Shown here: piece by piece, positions 24,701-36,700 of the stretch
Numbering within the stretch: the stretch's first letter is position 1
Layout of the letters: each line of letters begins with the position of its first letter
Origin: Amoebophrya sp. A120
Lineage: Eukaryota > Protista > Dinoflagellata
Assembly: GCA_905178155.1 (NCBI GenBank)
Contig: CAJINV010000005.1
Span: forward strand, 4,505,556-4,569,555
Length of the DNA stretch: 64,000 nt
Direction of reading: 5' to 3'
The notes under the pieces: model-generated
Databases searched by the model: none
Seen by the model: only the letters and a program-made list of their open reading frames with translations
Told to the model about the DNA's origin: nothing
Position numbers and translations under genes: made by a program

Positions 24701-27700
24701 TCAACAGTTTCTGTACCCGAGTGCGCGCCTGTGGGGGGGCGGCGCATTCGCAAAAAATATGCATGCAAAAATTTTCAGCATACTTGAGAAAAGCGCACTT
24801 GGCCGGGCCATATATTTGCGCTGCATACCTCATTTTGTACAACAACCTCGTGCCCGTGTCGCTCTACAAATTCTGCGCGCATTTTCTTGCGGCGCAAGGC
24901 GAGTAAACCTGTGCACGCTAGTGAGGGGCTGACTTGAACGCGGTTTGTTTTGCCTAGCTTGTCAGCGGCAGTGCTGTAGTAGGTAAGTGAGTACTGACGC
25001 GAAGGGGGGCGGGGCGCTGGGGGTTCTTCTGTGGCTGATGTTTTCACCTAGAAAACGCCGGGCGCGCGCAATATTTTGCCCCGTTTCCCGGATTGCTCTC
25101 TCCGTGCAGCTATTTGCCGCTATGGCCTGGGTCAGCGTGTGAGGCTGGAAACGCCCCGCGAGATGTCTACACAGGCCCTGGCCTCCTCGTCTCTAGCGGG
25201 CACCACGCACATATGTTGGCCGCGAAGGCTTTTCCGAAGCCCTTCCAAAAAGGGGGGGCCGGAGGGGTGCCCGGAACCCTAAAAAAAAGCCTCTTGCTTT
25301 TTCTTCGAATCACGATGGTGCTACCCCTCCCCAAAAGGGGTCCCGGAACCCCTCTGGGAACCCTTCCCGAAAGGCTCTCGGGTTTCTCGCATTTTGATGA
25401 AAAAGCCGCAAAGGCAAAAAGCGCGCGCGCCTGCCGGTGCACGCGCGCACAGCTGCGCGACATTAGAAACAAGGGGAGTCGCAGCCACGGCAGGCTCCGT
25501 TTGCGCCCTCGCCTCCGACCGACTTGCACAGAATGAGGCCCATTGTCTAGCGGCTGGACTGCAAGAGGACCTGTTGCAGCACCTCCAGGCTGCAGGGGCG
25601 CTCCGCGGCAAGTCCGAGGAGCAGCAGCGCCGGATAGCTCCGTCTTTAGCCACTGAGATGCGCTGCGAATAAGCTAGCTAGTTCATTAGGTGCGCAACAT
25701 AGTGGGGGGCTATACGTGTGCAACGTGATGGATGTCAAATACAAAAAAAGGCGCGCGGAAAATTTTTTACAGCTTGAGGCAAATACAAGCTTGACGACGC
25801 CATATATTTGCGCTGCATACCTCATTTTGTACAACAACCTCGTGCCCGTGTCTATGGCGTTCTCAAACGTTACATTCTCAACTGTTACATGAATTTGTAA
25901 TGCAAGACTAGCACAGGTAAGAGGGAGAATCTTGCGCGTCTTGCATTACAGGTTTGGCGCGGACTACCGTGCTATTTAGCCCTCCGAGAATTTGTCATGC
26001 GAAGCAGCTTGATCGTCTGGCGGGTCATGGTCATTTTGCATGACAAATCATGCAACAGTTGAGAATGTAACGTTTGAGAACCCCATAGTGTCGCTCTACA
26101 TCTCGTTGGACCTTTATGCACGATAGAAACTGTGTTAGTGCTGCAATTGTGTAATGTTGCAGATGAACGGCAAGACTCTTACATAACTCCTGTGCCTGTC
26201 ATGCAGTGAGGTGGAGACAACCATTACCATGCGAGCCTCGTTTCCGGAGGGATTTGACTCCTACTAACTGCGCATGACAAGATTTGTTTGCCACGCAGGG
26301 AAAATAGATTTTGCTGCTTAATGGTGTTTGTCCGTCTAAGATAGAAGCTACTAATCGACAGTATTTTTCTTGGATAAGCACGTCAAGTTCGGCCAGGCAC
26401 TGCTACTGGCGCGGGACCAGAACTGCTGGCACACCAACAAGCGGGGGGAGACGGAGCCTGCGGAGTGCCGTGCGAGCGCGCTCTCGGACGACATGGGGCA
26501 AATCGACATGATCTTCAGTGACAAAATATCAAATGTAAAAATGTCTGGGTCTGGAAGATTTGAACTTGTCATGCTAAATCTAAATGATGCAAAAATCTGT
26601 GTTGCGTGACGAGTGTCAAAAGCTGTCCGCTTTTGACCAAGTTGAGAGGGAGTTTCTCATGCAGGAAAGGCATGACACAGACCTCAAAGAATCTGTCATG
26701 CTGGGTCTCGCATTTCAGACCTCATGGGTCATAGAAAACCTGCATCACAAATCGTGCATTCTTCCAGACCCAGACATTTTTACATTTGATACAAAACGGG
26801 CACGCTCACCGAGAACGAAATGATCCTGCGGGTGTGCTCCGCAGGTTGCCGCGTATTCGGCGACCGCTTTGTTTTGGCCGGCAGCACGGCGGAGGCGCAG
26901 GCGGGGTCGACGCCGGCTCCAACTGCGACGGTGGAACAAACTACAAACGTGAGCGCAGAAGCTCCAACGAACGCCGAGCCTCCGTCTTGCAGCTCCGACG
27001 GAGAAGGCAGCGGCCGAGATGTAGTCTCCAACGGCCAGGATAAGACGGCCAAAATTGCGGAGCCTGCTAGGGAAGCGGAAGGGTCGACGTCGTGCGCGGC
27101 ACCCAATGACAAGAAAAACGCGGCGGACAAGAACAAGATTTCTCCTTTTGCAAAAGGGGTAGATATGCTGACGGGACCATTAGCAGAATTTCTGCAGTGT
27201 GTGTTGCTCTGCCACGAGGCCACTCCCGTCATGAACAAGTCCCGAGCGCAGATCTCGCAGGAAGCGCACCAGGCTCGGCCGCTGCCACTCAATGTTCCGC
27301 TTGAGCCAGATCACTTTACGCAAATCCCCGACCGCTCAAGTATGGTGTCCGCCACCGGGGACCTTGGGCCAGGACCTCATGCGACCAAGAAGCGATCGCT
27401 ATCAAAAGCATAAGTCGTAGTTCCGCTGTGTCGTGTTCCTCGCCTTCTCAAAGTTGAAACAACACAGATCTGTTTCTGGCACAGAATTAGTGACGAGCAG
27501 CCGTGCTACAACTTCCCTACGATTTGATGTGAATGTGATCGTGTAAAGATGCTGAAGGTCGCGAGTCAAAACCGTGGCAAGTCAAATCTATGGCATGCAG
27601 TATGATCCATCAAATTCGTCTTGTTGCATGTTCTTGTGTATTCACCACTATGACAGCGATCACCCTCCATTTTTTTTGATAGCGTACTGAACCTCCAGGG

Positions 27701-30700
27701 GATGGGGACGGAACTGGTTCGGTGGACGAACTGGGAAAATCGGTAGCGTCGTCCATGATCTCGAGGCGCCGCAGTGGTCGGCAGCTCCGAGGAGGTGGCG
27801 ACGCCGCTGAGGTCGGGGCGTACCAGGTACTACTTTGGTAATCATATTTTAAGAGCGGTGTCATAAGTATGGTGTTTGAGCAGAAGACTCATACGGCGCC
27901 ACGTGCGCAAAAACAGGCCGAGACGGCGAGAAAAATCGCAGAAGTAGTGCATGGAAGAGGCGCAGACCCAGACAGCGTCGTGCCTGGGTCTGGAACGGTG
28001 TAGCCCTTGCCGTGCATATTTTGCATGACTCGGAGCGTGGGTGTGTGCCAATACGTGGGTCGCAGCGTCGCAGGTTTTGTGGGGGCTCCTCGATGCCCTC
28101 CCCGCATGAGAGTGAGGCGCCCTCTGCGCGTAGCACAGCCCCACCTCGGGCCCGCCCTCGCGCTAGAGCTCGGGCGAACTTTCCCGGGACCATGCTTGCA
28201 CCAAGGGAACGGCCATAAAGTGGAGGCCAATTATCTCAACTCACCCTCAACGCTTAGCGCGGAACTTACCTCTACTGCCGGCACCCTGGTGCCCCTGGCT
28301 GCATTGGTTTCGTTGCAGCTTCTCTGCTACTTTCTGAGATTTTGTTATCAAGTTGGGCGCGTCTTCGAGGTTTTGGTGCAAAGTTTGTGGCTTCTAAACC
28401 CTAGGACGCAGCTTTTCTTCTTCGGGGTTTTGGTGTAAATTTTGTTGCTTCTAAACCCTAAGACGCAGCTTCTGTGCTACTTTCTCAGGGTTTTGTATAA
28501 AATTGCTTGCTTCTTCGGGGTTTTGCTGTAAATTTTGTTGCTTCTAAACCCTAGGATGCAGCTTTTGTGCTACTTTCTCAGGGTTTTGTATAAAGTTGGT
28601 TGCTTCTTCGGGGTTCTGCTGTAATTTTTGTTGCTTCTAAACCCTAAGACGCAGCTTCCGTGCTCCTTTCTCAGGGTTTCGTACAAAGTTGGGCGCTTCT
28701 TCGGGGTTTTGCTGTGAATTTTGTCGCTTCTAAACCCTAGACGCGACAGCTACGCCGCCTGGTATGCCGCCCCTATTTCCAGCGGTCACATTAGCGCGTC
28801 GCAGTGTGGCGCCTTGCTTGCTCTACATGGAACAGCCGCCGGATGGCTTGCTCTACATGGGCGGAGGTGGCGACGCCGCTGATGTCGGGGCGTACCAGGT
28901 ACTCACCAGAAGGAAATTGTAGCAGATACTTCGCGAATTTAAGCAGATCCAAAAGTTGCCGCTTTTTATCATTTTGGCACTGTGAGGACGAACAAGGTCA
29001 AGCCTTGATCGTCAAGGTAGCAGGTCCAGGTGGCACTCCCCGTGACGTCCTGGCTGCATCCTGGAGAAGCTTACCGCTGAATCCGCTTGCGCGAGGGTTA
29101 CGCACTCGCTTGGGCCGATAGGGCTATTAGAGAGGGCGACTGAGAAGGGCGGTCGGCCCCCCGAGCCAACAAAATTCGGTATTGCTGCCCCCGTTGCCCT
29201 CTGACCTGCTTCTAGTATTTTTGTTGGAGCAGGCGCATTCTTTAGCCTCACCATGATGGTGCTCCATCTTCATTTTTGCGCTATGCAGCCTCACCTCGTG
29301 CGCCTGCGTTGCCTTGCCCCTGTTTTACGATGTGGCGTCGCGTTTTCAGTCTTTACGGCACATTCGTAGAGGCACACGCGGCCGCTCGGAAGCAAAGCAG
29401 CCCGCCGCGACGTTTTTACTCGCGCGCGCCAAAGGTTTCGGCGCAGGGGTGTTGAGCGTTTCATAGGGTGGCCGGGAATAAAAAAAAAAACAGCTGGCGG
29501 CCGCGGCGGGGAGCCACTGCACGAGACGCGGCGCCACTTCACGAAAGCATTAAAAGCGAACAAATGTTCCGCGCGCAGGTCGCGGAAACAATTCGCAAAG
29601 CCAATAAGTGAGGCCCTCCGTGTGGAGGGTTGAGTGAAACTGTCGTGCTCCGTTGGACAGGAAAGCCCGGCTTCTTCTTGCCTCGCTAGCGGCCCACAAA
29701 GAAACCGGCCCCTCCGCCCGGAGGGGGCGGCTTCTTTAGGACCCGGAAGTTCCGAAAGTGCCAACTTTCGTTGTTTTCTGGGTAAAAGGTAGCGGTCCGG
29801 CTATCAAACAAACCGCCTCCTCCGCGCGGAGGGGTCTGTTTCTTTCTGGGCCGCCAGCGGCGGACGAAGAAACCGAAAATAAGAAATCGACCCCTCCGCG
29901 CGGAGGGGTCGATTTCTTATTTTCGGAACGGCGCGCGCAGCGCGCCGAAGAATTTTTTTTTGTTGCATCCAGCACTGGCTTCGGAAGCAAGTCGTGGGCT
30001 ACGCCTCCGCGCGGAGGCGAGGATTTCTTGTGTTCCCAGGTGGCGACGCCGCTGATGTTGGGGCGTACCAGGTAGAAGCCTCGTAGACATCATTAACTCG
30101 CTTCCGTGCAAGTAAGTAAATACATACATAGTTGTTGGTCCTCTCACCGGAAACCGGTGTCACTTAAATGCGTCTGCACGTCCCTCCATACCCATCATGT
30201 ATAGCTCGTGCACTTGCAGTACTCAGGAAGTGGTTCTACAAAGCAGCGCGGCAGTTTTTTGTTGAAGAACCAACTAGGAAAACCAGCACAACAAAGAATT
30301 GTTCGCACTTTGGTTTTCTCTCCAGGTGGAAGCTAAATCGCCGGACGAGGAGGCGCTGCTCCACGGAATCGCGGACCTGGGCTACAAAGTGTTGGAGCGG
30401 TCTGCGAACGAGTTGACGGTGCTGGAGAACGGGCACTACTTGAAGTGGGAGATTCTAGGTGTGCATGAGTTTACCTCGGACCGACGGCGCATGAGCATTG
30501 TGCTGCGAGAAAAAATTCTGGCAAACAACCGCGAGTCCTACATCAACTCCGCGGCCCACGGTGTCTCGCAGTCCGGGCAACGGCGATCCGAGCTGGACCA
30601 GCGTGTAGTGCTGTTCATGAAGGGTGCGGACTCCGTCATGCTTGAGCGCGCCGCGCCGGACACCATCCTGCCACCTGCTGTGGAGGTGGAGCCAACTACC

Positions 30701-33700
30701 TCGAGCAGCCGTGGCACAGCAGGCCGCGGTCCGGGCGCGTTGACTGCTGTGGGCTGCGCTGTTGTAACCACACCAGGCGCGGCCGTCCAGGAGGAGGAAC
30801 AGCGACGAAATTTCGCCGTTACGGAAGGCATAACTCCTCAGATGTCGCAGACAGAGACCGGGAGGAGCTTGCAAGCCGAGGGCACCATGCCTGGTGGTGG
30901 TGCTGCTATCTCGCGGCACGCAGGGATCCTGCAGGACCTGTCAGAGTTCAGTGTCGCGGGATTGCGGACGCTGGTGATGGGCCGCAAGTATTTAACGGCG
31001 CCAGAAGCCAACGAATACATCGCAAGGATGAAAGAGGCCTCGGCCGCCGTGATGGATCGTGAAGAAATGCTGGAAGCCGTGGCAGATTGGGTCGAGCGGG
31101 ACGTGGAGCTTCTCGGTTGCAGTGGGTTGGAGGATCGCCTGCAGCAAGACGTCACCGAGACGATTGGTGGCCTCTTGCAAGCGGGCATCAAAGTGTGGAT
31201 GTTGACCGGGGACAAGCAGGAGACGGCTGTGAACGTGGGCAAGTCCGTGTCCCTGGTTCCGCCAAACGCACGCACTTTCCTCTTCAACCTGACCGACAAG
31301 AAGAATGCTGAGGAGGATTCTGATTCCCGCACGGGGCCACGCCAGAGCGGCCCGCATGATGAGGAGATTCTCCAGCGCAAGAGCTCGCCCGCCTCTCCGG
31401 CCGATGCGGCCGTGGACCGCGGTGGGCCGTCGTCTTCCGACGCTGCGAACTGCAGAGGGAATCTACCACCTCCGTCTGCACGGCAGGAGCCCGGCGCGGC
31501 CCGCGCCGACCAGCAGAATGAATCTGCACCAAAGATCAAGGGCCCGATGGTTCCGGGGCAGAATCATAGCAACGTTCCGTCTGAACACTTGGCAGAGACC
31601 TGCGAGGTTGAAGAAGAGCCGTACAACCTTCCGCCGTTATACCCCAGTCCGAGTTCTGCGTCTTTTCGTAGCGGACGGCGGATCACAACAACCAGTGCGC
31701 GGTCATTGGCCGAGCATTTTTCCCCCGCGACGGCGTCGCAGCGGAAAATGATGCTGGCGCGCGAGCACTCTTTGAACCGCATAAACCTCCCCGCACTCAA
31801 GGAAGCATCAGTGGCCCACACAATCACAGCCACAAGCACCTCCGCGGCCACAGATTTCGACGCGAGCACTTCCCCGCGTCCCATGGCCATGAGCAAAGGG
31901 AACAAGGAACTGAGCCGTATGCGCGCCCTGTTTATCGAACACACCCTGGACGTGCATAGGTTCCGTACTGAACATCCTAACCATGGCTACGTGCTCGTCA
32001 TTGACGGACCCAGCGCCGCCGTGGTCCTCGAGGATCAATATTTGACGCAGGCCTGGCTGAAGCTGTGCGCGGGTGCTGCTTCCGTGATTGCCTGTCGCGT
32101 TACCCCGAAGCAGAAGGCGACATTCGTTACTCTGATGCGGAGCCAGCTGCGGCCGGAACCATTGACTCTAGCTATCGGGGACGGCGCCAACGACGTTGCT
32201 ATGATCAAGGCCGCCCACGTGGGCGTGGGCATCAGCGGCAACGAGGGGCGGCAGGCGGTGTTATCCAAGAAAAAAACGTGTGGTAGCCGAAGAGCATTAT
32301 ATGACAACAGGAACTTGTTATCCATATCAAATATCTTGTCCTCGACAATCTATCAAAACACACGATTACCTCCTGCGGCGCGTGACCAGCTGCAACATGG
32401 CAAGTGGAGCTTTGTCGCATCGTCTGCAACACAGAGCTACAGTCACAGGATGAAAAGAAACAGTTACAACAGTTTTTTTCGTGCATAGCTGTCTGCCAGC
32501 GACTACTCGATTGGCCAGTTCCGATTCTTGCGCAACCTGCTCTTCGTGCACGGGCGGGCCAATTACAACCGCGTCTCGCTGGTGATCCTGTTTTCTTTCT
32601 TCAAGAATGTGATGCTAATCGTGCCCGTCTTCTTCTACAATTTCCAGAATGGGTGGAGCGGAGCGTCTCTTTACGAGAGTTACCTCCTGATGTCCTACAA
32701 CCTGTTTTGGACGTCGCTCCCGATCCTGGTGGCGGGTCTGTGCGACACAGACCTCCCCGACCTTGCCTGCCTCCACGTGCCCGAGCTGTACCAGCAGGGC
32801 CGGCTGCAGCGAAGCTTCAACTCCAGGGAGTTCCTGCGCTGGATGGTGCAAGGCATCGTAACCAGCACCGCCCTGTTCTGGTTCCATGTCGAGGCCTTCG
32901 GGGACGGCAGCGGCTCGCCGCTGAACCAAGGCTGGTTGGAGTTTGGATCGTCAATCTTCTATTCGGTGGTGCTGCTGGTGAACGCACGTCTTTTTCTGGC
33001 GACCAATAGCTGCCAGACCAACCCTTGGTTTCGGGCAACCATTGCTGTCTTATAGAGGAAAAAAACTGTGTCAGTGTAGGTGTCTGGGAGAGAGGACAGC
33101 ATAAGCATGACAAATTTGCTCTACATGTTGACATTGAAAGCGGCCTGTCATGCGCAGGTAGTACGTGAGCACGCATATGAAAAGTGGAAACCCTGTCTGT
33201 CCAGCATGACAATTCTGACCCTAGATCTCCTGCGGCCGTAGCTGCTTGCGGCGACGGTGCAAAGGTTTTCGATGTGGCGCAGTCGGGTATGCATGACAAA
33301 TGTCATTTGTTGCATGCTTTGCATATACAGTTTTCTTCTTGCATATGCCTCCACCGTTTTGTTCATTCCGTATTGGTGCATGTTCGACGCCTTTCTGTAC
33401 ATGCTCACGCCGCCTGGACGGCAAAAGTACGTGCTCGTGGGGAGCTCTCCGCACATGTGGCTTTGTCCCCGAATTTGGCTATCCATCTTTCTGTCGGTGA
33501 GCTCCTGGGTGCTCCTGGAGCACACGCGCCTGACGTGGGCATCGGTGCGCAATCCCACGCCTGTGCAGCATCTGCGCGGCTTCCTCGCGGGGCACGCGCG
33601 TGCACTTCGCCAGTGTAGCGAATGGCAAGACCGAGTCACCCAACTGATCCGCGACGCACAGAAACTCACCGGCCTACAAGTTGACGGGGACTTTCCTCTC

Positions 33701-36700
33701 GGCAATAGCGATCACGACCACGCAGACAGCAAAGCGGGTCTCGTAGCTGCATCAAGCGAGCGCACGGCGTCAGAATCGAGCTCACCAGGCGGAACACCCG
33801 CCGCACATGCGCATAATGAAGCATCTGCCCCGTCTAGCGCCAGCGATGCAGACGCTTGCCAGCCCTCGGTTGGTAGTACAACAGCCAAAGAGCATGTTGC
33901 TGCGGCAAAAAGGTCTTCTGTGCAAGCGCCTGCGTCTGGACTAGCAGGAGCGGCTGCTGGTGTGTCAGCTGGCACAGCGGCGTTCTTTGACCGGTGTCAG
34001 CAAGACCTGCGCGCGATGCTCGTTTCGTGCGGCGTGGAGGCTTCGAATCTGCGGACGCTTCAAGAATCCAAAGGAGCCAACGCCTTAGAGTTGGCACAAC
34101 TCACGCCGGGGGGCCGGCAGTCCACAACCGAGGACGACACTGAAGATGAAGCGCCAGTGGAGCAGCTCGTGTTGAGTCAGGCAAACATACGCGCCCTTGC
34201 GGACCTGTGGGTCTTGATCTGCAAGTGGCAGCTGCACTTCCGCCCGACGCTGGTGAGCAAGCGGTTTGACTTAGTGGCTCAGCCCCTTCCTTCAAAGAAA
34301 TGGGATGGCGATGACCTCGCGCTTCACAAGCACCTGGACAAGTATCCGTCGGTTTTATCTGTTATCGATCGACGCCGAGAAGAGGCGAACAGGCAGCTAT
34401 CGCGCAGCGAAGGAGTCGCGATTTTTAACAAGCGGGATCAGGTTGTATCCCCTTCAAAGAGCGCGACCTTTTGAGCATGCGCCAAATCTTCTTTAATATC
34501 ACCTCGCAAGAAATGAAACAGCGAACCGTGATTGCATTTTTGTATGCTCTGCTTCTGTTGGTGTTGCGATAGCGATACTAAGCGAGTCCCCGTCCGCACT
34601 CGAACGCATCAGGGGCTTCTATAACATTCATACGTGGTCGTGCGAAATGAAAAAAAGGAAGCTGAACGATGCCACCGATACTGGTGATTCTCCTTTGTTG
34701 CAACATGTCATCGATAGGGGTGTCGCACTTGCTGAAGCCAAAGCGTGTCTCGCTGAAGCATTTGAAGCAGAACGAAGAGCATAGAGCTTATGACATAGCG
34801 AGAAGCGACGTGTGCATGAAGCATGCAGCTGTGAGTTGGCTCTGTAGGCGGGATACGCGGCGGAAAAACAACACGTAAACGCGCATTCTGCGACTGGACG
34901 CGACGGAAGTAGGGAAGGCCACGCAAGCGCGCAAGCGTTACCGTCGCTGCTATCGTCCGAGGACGTCGAGGACGATCTGAAACGAAGAACAAGAGGCAAC
35001 CATCAAACTGCGCAGCAGGAGCCGTCGTCTGAGGCCACACAGTCGGGCTCCTTTTCGCGGTTGCCTCACAAAATAAAGAAAAGGAGCACTAAGACTATTC
35101 TTTCGCACCTGCCGCAGGCGCGGGACAAGCTTCGTGTAACCGTGATGTCCTTCGCCAGCGAGAGCCGGTGGATGTTTCGCCGACTTGGGCACACGGAGGA
35201 CTGTGGCTCCTCCGTCTATCTCCTCGACGACCAGCCGCGGCGGTCATTAGCGGGTACCGCGGCTGCTCGTGCGCAGACCGCTGTCGAAACAGGGCGCAAG
35301 AAATGTCAGGCCTTCTGCGCCGTTTTTATGCTGCGTGCGCTGGAATTCGCCCGCTTGACGGGGTCTGCGATCAGGCGAACGCGCTTGTGGAAAACCTTCT
35401 TCGTCTCCGTGCACACCGCTCCCGAGGTCCGCCTTTTCGCGCAGAAATTGCACCCACTCACCATGCGGTTCCGCGACCCGGAGACCGAGCGTGCATACAT
35501 TCTGAACCACGCCCGAAGAAACCTGGTCTTCCTGCGTCTGGTGGGCAGCACCGCGGGCGCCGGTATGCTTCTGTACATGTTATCGGAGCACGTGTCGAGC
35601 GCCTCGGTGCCACTGTTTCGAACGCTGCAGTTTCTGGTCGTGACTGTCTTACTTGCCGGCTACCTGTGGCTCACGACCCGAGAAGCCTTCGTTCGCAACT
35701 TTCTCCGCGTGCAAGGAGCAGTAGGTTTTTGCATGGTGCTGCTTGCGTTCGCAAAGGATCTGTACAATGAGGCGGAGGGCGTCCTGCTGATTGCGTTGCT
35801 GTCCACATTTTTTCGCGTTATGCTGAAGCTGCCGTACAGTGAGGCACTGTTTCTGCATGCTGTGCTGCTGTTCTTTTTCCTCGCCCGCCAGCTGGCGGGC
35901 TCAGCTGTCCCGCCGGTCAAAAGCATGGTGTACCCTGCGTACCGCGACCGCCAGTGCAATGTGCTCCCGGACTTCGTGTGTCGCGTCTTTGACTATGGAT
36001 TGTAAAAATGTCTGGGTCTGGAAGATTCTGATAGTTGTCATGCACGTTTTGCATGAGCCACGACGTCGGTGATGCATGCCCTAGCATCACAGATTTTTTA
36101 AGGGCTTCTTGATGCCTATTCCGCATGACAAATGCCCTCTCCGCGTAGCACAAATTGCGTTCTCTTTGCTGCTCATGCAATACAGATTTTTTTGGAATCC
36201 ACGTTCAGCATCACAATTTTCATTCTTCCAGACCCAGACACTTTTACACTTGATATTGACTACAGCTTTACAATGATCGGGCTCACGGTTCTGTCCGTGT
36301 TCACCCTCTACTATCGTGAGGAAAAATCCCCCCTCCCCATATCGAAACGAAGTTTCTGATGCTGGATTTCCGTACACAAATCAGATTTGTCTTGCAGTAG
36401 AGGACTGCAGGCATATGCCAAGCCTCAGTCGAGAGGTTTTGACGTGGGCGCCTAGCATGACAAACGTGTATGCTCTAAGCCCAACAGCATCACAAACCGC
36501 CTGCAAAATTCGGGGCGCTCTCTGGACTTGCCTTCTTGCAAGACAGACAGGATTTGAGGTCACAAATGCGCATCGCAAATTTTCAGACGGATACGCTTCC
36601 AATATGGGGAGGGGGGATTTTTCCTTACGATATCTACCAACACGAGTTCAGCAACCGTCAGCAGTTTGACCTTCACACCGCCCTCGACCGGGCCGAGAAG

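Larger units (their letters stand above)
27793..30074. repeat. 37-bp direct repeat x3 (27793-27829, 28865-28901, 30038-30074) separated by ~1.0-1.1 kb inserts
   Basis: AGGTGGCGACGCCGCTGA(G/T)GT(C/T)GGGGCGTACCAGGTA = exon end plus GT donor. Confidence 0.9.

Noticed and set aside
23649-24845. 398-aa minus-strand ORF
   Set aside because: Arg/Ala/Pro-rich chance ORF in a GC-rich intronic insert; no motifs
2561-36669. Recurring short ORFs with PDPDIFT, KNVWVWK or KSPLPISK
   Set aside because: These are translations of introner TIRs, not proteins; no transposase for the introners is present in the window
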